A stretch of 64,000 nt of DNA from Octopus bimaculoides. Its lineage: Eukaryota. Both the position numbers and the translations under genes were made by a program. How positions within the stretch are numbered: the first letter of the stretch is position 1; every line of letters begins with the position of its first letter. Below, piece after piece: positions 24,130 to 36,739 of this stretch. The notes under the pieces are model-generated. The model saw nothing but the letters and a program-made list of their open reading frames with translations. It did not search any database and had not been told where the DNA came from. Location: NCBI RefSeq assembly GCF_001194135.2, contig NC_068981.1:24634836-24698835 (forward strand), in the 5' to 3' direction.

Positions 24130-24334
24130 ACTTGGGGATGGTCATATTGCCAGTTTAGCCAATAAAAACACACGCACTGTATATTTGGTGTTAATTTGCT
24201 TCAGCTTTATATTACATTAATCTTAATCTTATTTCGGCCAGAGTTCTTTCGTCACACTTCTGTGACCTCATCAGTGGTCCTTTGTTTCCTTCTTTCTTAT
24301 GTGTGTCTCACCTTGCAAAACAAATATATATATA

Positions 24335-24560
24335 TATATTTTTGTATGTTTGTATCTGTGTCTATGTTTGTCTCCCACCATTGCTTAACAACCGATATTG
24401 GTGTGTTTATGTCCCCGTAACTTAGTGGCTTGACACAAGAGACCGATAGAATAAGTACTAGGCTTACAAAGAATAAGTCCTGAGGTCGCTTTGTCCAACT
24501 AAAAGGCGGTGCTCCAGCATGGCCGCAGTCAGAGGACTGAAACAAATAAGAGAATTAAAG
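24335..24560 (+). mobile_element. SINE-A 3' half
   Basis: Body and tail match other A copies. Confidence 0.85.
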
Positions 24561-25560
24561 AATATATGTATGTGTATGTAAAGTGGTTGGCTTTAGGAAT
24601 GGCATCCAGCTATAGAAACAATACAGACAGAGCTCCGTGCAGCCCTCTGTCTTGTCAGCTCTTGTCAAACTGTCCGTATGTATGTATGTAATATAATATA
24701 GTATATAATGTATATATATGTTTGTGTATGTATGTCTTTGTGTGTATGCGCGCGCGCTTTTATAGTTCTACATGTTGATGCCCTTTCAGAGTCAGCAAGA
24801 GCTTTCTTTGTAATAACGATGATGATGATGGTGGTGGTGGTGGTTGTGGTAGTAGTAGTAGCAGCAGTAGTAGTTATAATAATAATAATAGCTGGATGCG
24901 CCTGATACTTTCAACCATTTCGACAACAGTGGTGGGTCGGTCGGTCGGCCGGCCTCGACTGTAATTATGATTCACGAAACAGATTGTCTCTTTTCTCTTT
25001 TTAATTCAGTTCTATTGAATTAACCTCATTGTATACAGAAATACAACAAAACACTGTTTATTTACATTCTCACCAAGTTTGTTTTCGTCATCTTTATGCT
25101 AACCAACATACGTTACAAAACTGGCGAGAGGGGATATCTAATTATCACTGTTTCTATTGAATTTAAGCGACTCTTCTGTAAATAAATACTCACAAGAATA
25201 TCATCTTTACATATTAGGTATTTTTTTTCTTATTTCTTTTATATATATAATTTATTTGCCTCTATCTATATCGCTCGCTGGCCTAATTACATAATGTTGT
25301 TATTGTGTAATCGTTTTTACATTTTTTTTCTTCTGCTTTTCTCTTGTTTTGGACCGGAGGTCATGGCCTTGTTATAAAGCAAGGTTATATAGTTCAAGCA
25401 TTGAAATAGATTTATTTGCATGATATACATGTGTGTGTATGTACATTGTATTTATGTATATGTGTAGCATACGTATGTATACATATATATGTGTGTGTAT
25501 ATGAATATGTACATAAGTATGTGTGAAATGTATACTTTTTTTTTCATTTTTATTATATTT

Positions 25561-25917
25561 TGTTGGCACTCCGTCGCTTACGACGTCGAGGGTTCCAGTT
25601 GATTCGACCACTGTTCGTGAAATTAACGTGCAAGTGGCTGAGCACTCCACAGACTCGTGTACCCTTAACGTAGTTCTCGGGGATATTCAGCGTGACACAG
25701 TGTGACAAGGCTGACCCTTTGAATTACAGGAAGAAAGAGTGAGAGAAAGTTGTGGTGAAAGAGTACAGCAGGGTTCGCCACCATCCCCTGCCGGAGCCTC
25801 GTGGAGCTTTAGATGTTTTCGCTCAATAAACACTCGCAACGCCCGGTCTAGGAATCGAAACCGCGATCCTATGACCGCGAGTCCGCTGCCCTAACCACTG
25901 GGCCATTGCGCCTCCAC
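25561..25917 (-). mobile_element. SINE-B with 12-bp TSD
   Basis: TSD TTTATTATATTT at 25549-25560 and 25918-25929. Confidence 0.92.
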
Positions 25918-25944
25918 TTTATTATATTTATATACATAGTAAAA

Positions 25945-26347
25945 GAAGACTTGTCAAGCCAAGTGAGATCGTAGTCTTGGCTGATGGCATTGTTGTGTAA
26001 CTGGCACCCAATGCCAGCTCCCGGCATTCGAACGTTGAGCCTCACAGGAGCAGTGACAAGTGACCGACACCTTTAGTGATATGCCGTGCCTGTTAAGCCA
26101 AGTGAGATCCTAGTCGTGGCCGATGCCCGTGTTTACCTAACTGGCACCCGTGTTGGTGGCACATAAAAAGTAAACGCTACACTCTTGGAGTGGTTGGTGT
26201 TAGGAAGGGCATCCAGCTGTGGAAATCGTGCCAAATCAGACTGGAACCTAGTGCAGCTCTCCAGCTTACCAGTTTTCAGTCAAACCGTCCAACTCATGCC
26301 AGCATAGAAAATGGAAGTCAAATGATGATGATGATGATGATGATGAT
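25945..26347 (+). mobile_element. Longer family C variant (RTE-type 3' region)
   Basis: Duplicated AAGCCAAGTGAGATC.TAGTC block, AAGGGCATCC motif and (GAT)n tail. Confidence 0.75.
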
Positions 26348-26383
26348 GTTTTAGATTATTATTTTATATTTAGTGTATATCAT

Positions 26384-26744
26384 AGTGGAGGCGCAATGGC
26401 CCAGTGGTTAGGGCAGCGGACTCGCGGTCATAGGATTGCGGTTTCGATTCCCAGACCGAGCGTTGTGAGTGTTTATTGAGTGAAAACACCTAAAGCTCCA
26501 CAAGGCTCCGGCAGGGGATGGTGGCGAACCCTGCTGTACTCTTCCACCACAACTTTCTCTCACTCTTACTTCCTGTTTCTGTTGTGCCTGTAATTCAAAG
26601 GGTCAGCCTTGTCACACTGTGTCACGCTGAATATCCCCGAGAACTACGTTAAGGGTACACGTGTCTGTGGAGTGCTCAGGCTGTTCCGTTGATTGAATCA
26701 ACTGGAACCCTTGACGTCGTAAGCGACGGAGTGCCAACAACAAC
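26384..26744 (+). mobile_element. SINE-B with 12-bp TSD and small internal deletion
   Basis: TSD AGTGTATATCAT at 26372-26383 and 26745-26756; (CAA)n tail. Confidence 0.92.
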
Positions 26745-27272
26745 AGTGTATATCATTATTTTATAACACTGATATAAATAATACCAAGACACTGATTCCT
26801 GGTACAATGCTTTGAGAAATATTTAGCAGCAATGGTGGCAGGTTAAGAACAAAACGTGGAGGCTTGCAAGGACACCAAATCAAAAATCCTCTTACATTAA
26901 TGAAACGAATGGTCCAAAATCCTCTTCAATAGTGAGTCTAAGAACTGTAGATGGTCAATCATTCTTGACCGATATTGTTTCCATTCACAGTCATTGGGCA
27001 GAACATTTATCACCTTCTTAACAAGGCTCTCTAATGTCAAAATAAATATTATAGATATTTGTAAGATATATTACAGGACGTGTCTTCAATGTAAGAAGGA
27101 TGAAATTTAAGAGAAAGGTATCCACCCAACTAACGAAAGACCTATGTATGCCGATGACAGTGACTTTGTCAGTCATGCAGAGCATGGATTGCAATCCTTG
27201 ATTTCTGCATTTGATATCTTTGGTTTGACAACCATCATGTGTGTGTGTATGTATGTATGTATGTATATATGT

Positions 27273-27655
27273 ATCATCATCATCATCGTTTAATGTCCGT
27301 TTTCCGTGCTGGCATGAGTTGGATGGTTTGACTGAAGTCTGGAAAGCCAGTGGCTGCACCAGGCTCCAATCTGATCTGACAATGTTTCTATGGCAGGATG
27401 CCCTTCCTAATGCCAACCACTCTGATAGTGTCGTAGGAACTTTTTATGTGCCACTGGTACAGGAGCCAGCCAAGCGGCCCTGCATCGACCACGTTCGGAT
27501 GGTGCTTTTTATGTGCCACCAGCTTGGGAGCCAGTCAGTAGGCACTGGCATTGGTCATGTTCAGATGGTGCCTTTTAGGTGCCACCGGCACAGGAGCCAG
27601 TCAGGTGGACCTGGCATCGATCACGTTCGGATCGTGCTTTTTACGTGCCACTTTA
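27273..27655 (-). mobile_element. Family C copy with ~3.2 internal ~65-bp units
   Basis: Units begin CTTTT(T)A(T/C)GTGCCAC across 27440-27650. Confidence 0.85.
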
Positions 27656-27656
27656 T

Positions 27657-27892
27657 GCTTTTACTTGTTTCAGTCATTTGACTGCGGCCATGCTGGAGCA
27701 CNNNNNNNNNNNNNNNNNNNNNNNNNNNNNNNNNNNNNNNNNNNNNNNNNNNNNNNNNNNNNNNNNNNNNNNNNNNNNNNNNNNNNNNNNNNNNNNNNNN
27801 NTCAGGACTTATTCTTTGTAAACCTAGTACTTATTCTATCGGTCTCTTTTTCGGTTGTCAAACGATGTTGGCAGGGACAAACACAGACACAA

Positions 27893-27941
<49 letters not shown>

Positions 27942-28117
27942 CATACACATATATACAATGGGCTTCTTTCAGTTTCTGTCTACCAAATCCACTCAAGGCT
28001 TTGGTCGGTCCGAGTCTATAGTAGAAGACACTTGTCCAAGGTGCCACGCAGTGGGACTGAACCCGGAACCATGTTTTGGTAAGCAAGCTACTTTCCACAC
28101 AGCCACTCCTACGCCTA
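27657..28117 (-). mobile_element. SINE-A (partly gapped) with tandemly repeated 5' end
   Basis: Tail to head intact; a 20-bp head unit is repeated over 28101-28168. Confidence 0.88.
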
Positions 28118-28334
28118 TACGGCCACTCCTACGCCTATACGGCCACTCCTGTGCCTATACAGCCACTCATACAAATGGATGTATGATTGCTACTGCTATG
28201 CTGAGCGCTTCACATAAATTTTCATAATCTGGTCTGCTTCTGTATAGTTTTTGTTCAACTTCTATACTGAGTAGTGTTACCAATTATGAGCTTCTGAGCA
28301 AATGTTGGAGAAATAAGGATAAACACAAGTTTAT

Positions 28335-28610
28335 ATTGAAGTTTCTATGCGCCTCTCCTTCCACGATGTGGTTTCATCTGGTATCTCAGACAGAAACCTG
28401 TCCAGACGTTCCGCGAGAACTTCCACACCAACACCATGTAGATCTCTAAAGTTGCCTGGCAGGATGCTGAACAATTGCTGGCTCTTGAAACCCAGACTAT
28501 TGCAGTACTGTGTCTTTATTTTAGATGGGAAAGACGGGATCTTTGGTATGATGCAGTGCCATCCAGTTCGAGGATCGGTATAACTGTCAATTCCAAAATT
28601 GAGAGCTAAA
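28335..28610 (-). pseudogene. CR1-like LINE ORF2 C-terminal fragment
   Basis: NFGIDSYTDPRTGWHCIIPKIPSFPSKIKTQYCNSLGFKSQQLFSILP...RDLHGV aligns with the 57900-58130 relic (PNFGIKSYASTRTGCHCIV...YCNSLGF). Confidence 0.75.
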
Positions 28611-28830
28611 ATATATGTATAGGTACTTAAGGTAAATCCTAGTGTATGGGTGTATGTATGTATGTAAACACACATACAGGTGTGTGTGCGCACACATAGG
28701 TATATATGCATACATACACACTCTCTGTAGGTTATTAGCTCAGTCATGAGTGACAAGAACTTCAATTTGCCTCACATCTGCATAATATATATATTTATCT
28801 GTCTGTCTATGTTTGTATGTATGTATGTAC

Positions 28831-28864
<34 letters not shown>

Positions 28865-29224
28865 ATGAGCACATTACAAATGTTGATTGAAATGTACATT
28901 ATGTAGAGAGAGAGACTTGTGTACATAATAATATACAGCTTCTCAAGTAGGATCTTCTAAAGAATAGACATATTTTCTTTTTGCGTATTTGTATACAATG
29001 TATTCTTGAATACAGCAAACAAAAACACATGAATAATAAAGACATATGAAAAATCCATTATAAAGAATAGTTACTGTACACACGTAATTGCGGTGTAATT
29101 TTATATTTATGCGTGTGAATGTCTTTCCGAATATTCAGTTTTGCTAATAACTAAAATAAGCATTGTACACCACATGTAAAAACATGTAGACTTACATGCA
29201 AGTATGAGAGTGTATATGGGTGTC

Positions 29225-29420
29225 TGTGGAGGCATGTGGCTTTGTAGTTAGGTTGCTGCACTCATGATTGTGAGATTCTGGTTTTGATTCCTGGACTGGG
29301 TGAAGTTGTTACAGTCTACTCAGCTGCCAGAAATGAGTTATCCTGCAATAGACTGGCAGCCCATCCAATGGGGTAATTTATATGCCACAGAATCTAGGAA
29401 ACTGGCCATATGAACTTTGA
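29225..29420 (+). mobile_element. Diverged SINE-D-type element
   Basis: GTGGAGGCATGTGGC head, degenerate B box, tail GCAATAGACTGGCAGCCCATCCA...GGAAACTGGCC. Confidence 0.6.
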
Positions 29421-29467
29421 GAAGGACCTTTGATCCCTTTTTGTCTTTGTGGGTGTATCTACTAATA

Positions 29468-30302
29468 TTGGGTCATCACATAAATAATGCAGTTTTTTTT
29501 CAATTGCCTGAACTAAAAGTTTGGAGGGTGACAGAATAAACTACCCGCATTAACTTGCTATAAAAGCAGGTAGTAAATTTACCTTGTACTTATTCTTAGT
29601 GCAAATTTTTGAAGAGTGCAGTTTGATTTTAAGTTATTTTTTTCAAAGCTATAATGGAAGTGACAGAGGAGCATATTCAGCATATTTTGCTCTATGAGTC
29701 CAATAAAGGCAACAACACAATGGAAAGTGTGAGGAATATTAATGCAGTGTAGGGAGATTGGACAATAAGCGTAAGCCAGTGTTAACGGCTGTTCCAGAAA
29801 TTCTGAGCTGGAACTACAGCCTAGAAAACGAACCTTGTCCTGGAAGATCTGTAGAGCTTGTTGAGGACATCCTGCAAACACTGGTGGAACAACATGCCAT
29901 CGTATCTCTTCAGGAACTAGCAGAGAAACTTCAATTTGGTCATTCAAGTCTGCTCCAGAAGAAAAATGACCATGTTTGGTTTCAAGATGAAAGGTGTTCT
30001 TCCATCAGGATAATACTCGGTCACATACAGTGAGGATGACATTCCAAAACCTGGAGCAGTTTGAATGTTTTGTATGGAAAAAATATGAATTCTGTAGATG
30101 AGGTCTGAACAGTACTGGAGGAGTATTTTTCATCACAGACAAGTGAATTTTGGAAGAGGGGCCTTGCAAGTCTACGAGATAGAGGGAAGAGCATTGTAGA
30201 AAATGAAGAAGAGTATATTTTAGTTTAAAAAAGAACTCTGTTTATCTTAATTTTGAAAAATAAAAGAAGTATAAAAAATATCTTATTTATGGGATAACCC
30301 AA
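29468..30302 (+). mobile_element. Internally deleted mariner transposon
   Basis: TIRs TTGGGTCATCACATAAATAA / TTATTTATGGGATAACCCAA with TA on both sides; the decayed transposase 29654-30228 runs MEVTEEHIQHILLYE...SLENEPCPGRS...ELAEKL, then QDNTRSH (HDNARPH-like) and a mariner-like C terminus. Confidence 0.85.
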
Positions 30303-30779
30303 TACCATGTGAAAATGCAGCTCCATTCTACTCAGCCTAGAAATGAGTACCTCTCTGGTGCTAGTGCAGTTTTTTCTCTCCCTCCAGCTCTCATATGCTT
30401 GATGATGTTCTACTAGCTTCAAAGGTAGGATGTCTGAGACGGTGTCTAAATTTGCTTATGACTATGCAGGCACCTAAAACACTTTTTGAAAGCATGGTAC
30501 AAGCTACCAGATCACACATGCGAGTGATGGTTTAGCCTATTCAACTACTACTGCTGCGACTTTGATTCCTGGTGGCGTTTCCTGGTACCATACAGAGGTG
30601 ATTTGCTCTTGCCCTCGATCTATCCCCTGGGAGAAATTGAACATGGGTTGGTTGAAGTTTTGGCATTGCTCTTTCTGTCTATCAAATCCCACTTTAAAAA
30701 GGCATTGATTTAACTCAAAGCCTTTGAATGGACATTAGCGAAAACTGAACCCAGAACCAAATAATTGCAAAGCAAATTT

Positions 30780-30975
30780 CTTAACCCATGGCCCTTTTCT
30801 TTTTCTTTTTACCCAACCTTTTATATGTCCAATTTTCAATACTTGCATGGGTCAGGCAGAGTTCATTCAGGTGGATTTTCTACAGCTGGATACCTTTCCC
30901 CTGTCACCAGCCCTTTCCAAGAAAGGTAATACTTCCCCATACCTGGGCAAAGAGACAACGCACGGCAGCACAAAC
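30780..30975 (-). mobile_element. Diverged family G copy
   Basis: CTGGATACCTTTCCCCTGTCACCAGCCC...AAGGTAATACTTCCCCAT, cf. 33980-34050. Confidence 0.55.
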
Positions 30976-31488
30976 ACATATAGCGAACACAGGTGTGTGT
31001 GTGTGTGTTTGTGTCTAACCGCCAGCTTATAACTCGGCACTGTAAGCGATGCAAGGGAAATAAAAACAGGATTATGATGCTGCTGCTGATGTTAATGATG
31101 ATGGTGTTTACATAACAGTTAATTTATGTGTTGTTGAAATTCTCACTGCGTCTGTGTTTATGGTGAGTTCACTGCACTTGTCGATGTTATTAACACAATG
31201 CACAACAGGAGAAACCTAACGACTAGTTGCAAAACAGCTTCTCATTCTCATGTATAAATGAACATGTGCAGGTATGTATATGTGTGTGTGATGGCATGCA
31301 TGTGTGTGTGTGTGTGTGAGAGTGTGTATGTTGTGTGTATGTAGGCATATGCATGCATTTCATACATCTCTCTCTATTTATATATGATATCGGGGTATGC
31401 GGTGGTGGTGGTGGTGGTGGTGGCAGTAGGAGGAGAGGCAAGAAGTTTGACTTTGTAATTTATACTTCCGACACTGTTAATGAAACGT

Positions 31489-31605
31489 GTCCACATATGT
31501 ATCATCATCATCATCACCATCATCACCATCACCATCATCATCAGCATCACCATCATCACTATCGTCATCATCATCATCATCACCATCATCATCATCACCA
31601 CCATC

Positions 31606-31636
<31 letters not shown>

Positions 31637-31735
31637 CCATCATCATCATCACCATCACCATCATCATCACCATCATCATCACCACCTTCGCCATCATCTT
31701 TATCATCGTCATCATTACCATTGCTACCACTATCT
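31489..31735. repeat. Long (CAT/CAC)n trinucleotide array
   Basis: Directly visible; it produces the poly-His/Asp/Met ORFs. Confidence 0.95.
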
Positions 31736-31834
31736 TTACTGCCTCCTCTTCCTTCTCCTCCTCCTCCATTGCTTCTGTTGCTCATGCAATGTTAGCAGCC
31801 TGCTGTTGGAGATCCTATCTACAGTTTTTTTTCT

Positions 31835-31866
<32 letters not shown>

Positions 31867-32545
31867 CCCCTACCCTGCCAGCCCTTCTCTTTAACCCTCA
31901 TCTTTTTGTCCCACCCCTCTTCTTATCTTACAATAAAAGTGTGTTTTTACCTTTGTCTTTTGGATATCTTTTGCTTTCTGAATCTTTTTTTTTAAATTTT
32001 TATATTCGTTCTTTGCATTTGTATATTTTTTCCCCTCCTTATTTTGTTTGCTATTCCTCATAGCTTACTTTTATTGAGTGAGTGCCATGTACCTTAATTA
32101 TGGGAGGTACCTCTGGCATAGTAAAACAAAAGTAGATGTGAGAAAGAGAGGAAACAGTGAGGTCAGATCTCACCATGTGGGCCTTGGAATGGCCATGTGG
32201 TTAAGACTTCAAACTTTGCAATCAATTACTTCCAGGTTTGCTCCCTCTATGTGGGACCATGGGTGAGCATTCTAGCATAATCTACGGTTGACTTCCTCCA
32301 AGTTGTGTGTGTGAAATTGGAAGAGATGTTCATTATGCAAAAGCCCTTTGTGATGAGCTATGCCCCATGTATCATGGTCTCTTTTCTCTTTTCCTTTTAC
32401 AAATCTTCAAAGCCCTTGCAAACGCTATAGTCTAGTGGTTCTCAACCCGGGCCCTTATAATCTTTAGGGGGGCCATGTAGGATTTTGTTAAAATTTATTT
32501 GCTATAAATTGGTTATACTTCTACAATACACAAAATATTTTAACA

Positions 32546-32885
32546 ATGTGGTAAGAAGCTTGCTTCCCAACCACATGGTCCAAGTTTCAGTCCCACTGCA
32601 TGGCACTGCCTTGTGAGTGGATTTGGTAGATGGAAATTGAAAGAAGCCTGTCCTATGTATATATGTATATGTTTATATGTGTGTGTCTGTATTTGTCCTC
32701 TCACCATCACTTGACAACCAATGTTGGTGTGTTAACATCCCTGTAACTTAGCGGTTTGGCTAAAGAGGCTGATAGAATAAGTACTAGGCTTACAAAGAAT
32801 AAGTCCTGTGATCGATTTGTTCGACTAAAGGCGGTGCTCCAGCATGGCCGCAGTCAAATGACTGAAACAAGTAAAAGAGTAAAGA
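32546..32885 (+). mobile_element. SINE-A with deletion, following a hAT-like left end at 32433
   Basis: A body and tail are clear; TAGTGGTTCTCAACC at 32433 resembles a hAT TIR but no partner TIR was found. Confidence 0.8.
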
Positions 32886-33364
32886 GAGATAAAAAAAAAA
32901 AAACAGTTGTGAATGTCAAAGTAGAAATACCTCTTTGATCGTATGCCACACCAAGGGTTAAACAACAAGAGACTAGAGAAACATAACTCATCCTCATGGG
33001 CTCATATTTTGTTTTTGATGTGGGTGACATTTGGTTTAAGCCTCATTAAGTCTGAACTAGAAGGGAAACGAGGAGCCGGGAGATGCTCTTTGTTGTTGCT
33101 TATTCAGAGAAGAAAGGACTTCTCCCATGACTCTTTCCAGGGCTACTATGCCTGATGGGAGGGAAGAAAGGAGGAAATTATCCTCAGCCTGGAGGGTTGA
33201 ACTGAATTCTTCCATCTGTGTGTATGTAATCTGCTGAAGGCACTCTTAGGGTCATATGACAGCTTTTATCCTGTCTATGTTTCAGTTTATTAAAAAAATA
33301 AAGAAGAATTTAGTAAAGTAAGTTTGCCATTATTGAAAGTAGAGTTTGGACCATAAATTAAAAT

Positions 33365-33764
33365 AGGCGCAGGAGTGGCCCTGTGGTGAGTAGCTTGCTT
33401 ACCAACCACATGGTTCTGGGTTCAGTCCCACTGCGTGGCACCTTTGGCAAGTGTCTTCTACTATAGCCTCGGGCTGACCAAAGCCTTGTGAGTGGATTTG
33501 GTAGACGGAAACTGAAAGAAGCCCGTTGTATATATGTATGGGTATATATATATGTGTGTCTGTGTCTGTCCCCCCAACATCGCTTGACAACTGATGCTCG
33601 TGTGTTTACGTCCCTGTAACTTAGCGGTTCGGCAAAAGAGAGCGATAGAATAAGTACTAGGCTTACAAAGAATAAGTCCTGGGGTCGATTTGCTCGACTA
33701 AAAGGCAGTGCTCCAGCATGGCTGCAGTCAAATGACTGAAACAAGTAAAAGAGTAAAAGAGTAT
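33365..33764 (+). mobile_element. Full-length SINE-A
   Basis: Head to (GTAAAAGA)n tail. Confidence 0.9.
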
Positions 33765-33898
33765 TGGAGATAAATTTCAATTTTTTAAAGTGGAGGAATT
33801 TGCACCAGAAGACTAGGGGCATTTTTAAGTGGATTGATATCAAAAAGGTTTAAAAGGTCAGTGAATTAAGTCATCCACCCAAGAATATCTATTATATA

Positions 33899-34115
33899 TC
33901 ATCATCATTGTTTTAGTGTCTGCTTTTCCTTGCTTGGGTGGGTTGGATAGAGTTTGTTGAGGTAGACTTTCTACGGCTGAATGCCATTTGTGTGGCCAAC
34001 CCTCACCTGTTTCTAAGTATGGTAATATTTCCCCAAGAGCAGACATAATCTTTCAGAAGATTGGAAATGACACTGCTTTTATGTTGGTGACACTTGCTAA
34101 CAACAATCAAGCACG
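33899..34115 (-). mobile_element. Family G retroposon
   Basis: (CAT)n tail, GGCCAACCCTCACCTGTTTCTAAGTATGGTAATATTTCCCCA. Confidence 0.7.
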
Positions 34116-34183
34116 CACACATGCACACACACACACAAATATATGCATGTATATATAGAGATAGATACATATGCATGCGTATA

Positions 34184-34216
<33 letters not shown>

Positions 34217-34265
34217 GCGTATATCTATCTATCTATNNNNNNNNNNTTATTTATCTATCTATCTA

Positions 34266-34301
<36 letters not shown>

Positions 34302-34305
<4 letters not shown>

Positions 34306-34698
34306 TGAGTGGTTCAATCATCGGGTTCACAATCATGAGGTAGTGAGTTTGATTCCTGGACTGCACTATGTGTATATATATATATACATATATGTGTGTG
34401 TACATATAAATATGTATATATTTATTTCATGTTGTTCTAGTTCTCTCGGCTGCAGAGATGAGTTGCAATGTCACTGGTGCCAAGCTGTATCGGTCTTTGT
34501 CTTTCCTCTGGATAACATTGGTCGTGTGGAGAGCAGAGGACGGTATGCATGGCTGCATACCGTCCAGCTGTGTGAACTGGAGTAATGTGAAATGAAGTGT
34601 TTTGCTCAAGAACACAACACATTACCCGGTCCAGGAATTGAAACCACAATCTTACAATCATGAGTCCAACACCCTAACCATTAAGCCATGCGCCTCCA
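34302..34698. mobile_element. SINE-D cluster: + head/body and - head
   Basis: + head 34302-34366, body 34440-34560, reverse head ending GCCATGCGCCTCCAC at 34698. Confidence 0.7.
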
Positions 34699-35219
34699 CT
34701 TTTGCACCTATTGGGATAAATTTTCTAAGGGCTGTACCACCTCATGGTACCTATTTTAGAAATTCTGTTATTGTTAGAGCAATGTAGACATCTAGTAATT
34801 AATGTATATTATTAAAAGATACAATTGAAAAATGTCTGAGATAATATACAATATCAAAAGCCATAGCCAGTGGGTTAGTAGTCCACTGTTTTTTTTCCTG
34901 ACTGGTTTGGCATCTTTAGCCATTGTAGTAGTTTTGTAACTTATATTTTCTCTTCTTGGTTTTTGAAACTAAAGAAATCCTATTATAACATCAAAGCAGT
35001 GTTTACTGTTTATGTTTGCAGAAAAGCAGAAAACTAGAAAACAGTTTGGTGTGATCTTGGGTAACTACTACTTAATTTAGGCATTTTGCCATTGGAACTC
35101 TCATAGGTTGGCGAAGAGGAAGCTTGAAAGAACAATCGCATATTTATAAAGACACCACAAACACACACACACACGCATGTACATAGGCAATAACACAAAC
35201 ATGTGTATGTGTGTATGTA

Positions 35220-35252
<33 letters not shown>

Positions 35253-35267
35253 GTATTATACATATAT

Positions 35268-35425
35268 CATCATCATCATCGTTTAACGTCTGCTTTCCAT
35301 GCTAGCATGGGTTGGATGATTTGACTGAGGACTGGTGAAACCCGATGGCTACACCAGGCTCCAATCTGATTTGGCAGAGTTTCTACAGCTGGATGCCTTT
35401 CCTAATGCCAACCACTCCAAGAGTA
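35268..35425 (-). mobile_element. 5'-truncated family C copy
   Basis: Ends at CCAACCACTCCAAGAG next to (TA)n. Confidence 0.85.
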
Positions 35426-36144
35426 TATATATATATCTGTTGGAGTCTCAGCTTTTTAGCTGCTATTTCTGAACTTCGGTATGTGGTGAAGCAACTGTTT
35501 GCTGATCCCTTAATTATGTTTATAAATGTATAAGAACTTTTAAATAAGTTCTCCACCGATAATGGTATTTACATACCGAAGGGCTTAGTAAAAATTATTA
35601 ATTGTTAATTTATTAATAAATTAATAAATTGATAAACCTTTACCCTTTTAATTGTAATAATTATATATATATATATGTATGTATACACATATATATATAT
35701 ATGTATTATACGGTTTCAAATTCTGGCACAATGCCAGCAACTTTAAGGGAAGTAAGTAGTCCATTACATCAACCCCAGTGCTTCGCTGGTAATTTATTTT
35801 ACTGACCCCCCCCNNNNNNNNNNCAGAAGAACTGCTGCTAGGCATTTTGTCCAACATGTTAACAACTGCCCTCTTGCTGTCTAACCCTTTTGTTACCAAC
35901 CCAGCTGAAACTGGCTCTGGCTCTGAGTACAAATGTCTTGTTTTCATAAGTTTAGAATTAAAATCTTCCACCAAACCTTAGTCACAATTTATGTTCCTAA
36001 CACTAGCTGAATGATAACTAAGTTATTCTTACTAAATTCTTTGTTATATTTAAGGTAATTAAAAGAAACACAGAGCATCTCAAAATAAATACAGCAACGA
36101 AAGGGTTAATTGTATGTGTGTATATATATATTATATATATATAT

Positions 36145-36300
36145 ATTAATTTATATAAGGGCATTACTATACAAGAATGCCCTTATATAAATTAATAAAT
36201 ATATTTATAGGGAATAAATGATGGATTTTTCCCTTATGAGGCTTTTTTTATGCTAACTACTTGATAAATTCTTACAAATATGTTATCCTATTATTGAATT
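36145..36300. mobile_element. Second copy of the fold-back dispersed repeat
   Basis: ATTAATTTATATAAGGGCATT-10 nt-AATGCCCTTATATAAATTAAT hairpin, then reverse homology to 10672-10770. Confidence 0.65.
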
Positions 36301-36327
36301 ATATTATATATATATATATATATATAT

Positions 36328-36694
36328 GGCACATAAAATACACCATTTTGAGCGTGGCCGTTGCCAGTACCGCCTGACTGGCCTTCGTAGGATTTTTGAG
36401 TGAGATCGTTGCCAGTGCCCCTGGACTGCCTCTTGTGAGGGTGGCACATAAAATACACGATTTTGAGTGTGGCCGTTGCCAGTACCGCTTGACTGACCTT
36501 CGTGTGGGTGACACGTAAAAGCACCCACTACACTCTCAGTGGTTGGCGTTAAGAAGGGCATCCTGCTGCAGAGACTCTGCCAAATCAGATTGGAGCCTGG
36601 TGCAGCCATCTGGTTCACCAGTCCTCAGTCAAATCGTCCAACCCATGCTAGCATGGAAAGCGGACGTTAAACGATGACGATGATGATGATGATG

Positions 36695-36696
<2 letters not shown>
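36328..36696 (+). mobile_element. Family C copy with ~3 internal units
   Basis: GGCACATAAAATACAC...TTTTGAG(C/T)GTGGCCGTTGCCAGTACCG is repeated; (GAT)n tail. Confidence 0.88.

Positions 36697-36739
<43 letters not shown>

Noticed and set aside
27440-27650. Family C ~65-bp units as a CRISPR-like array
   Set aside because: Whole units are homologous with no unique spacers, in a eukaryotic context with no cas genes.
31335-32063. 242-aa poly-His ORF, and poly-Asp/Met ORFs on -
   Set aside because: A stop-free (CAT/CAC)n array; the flanks translate to low-complexity sequence with no domain.
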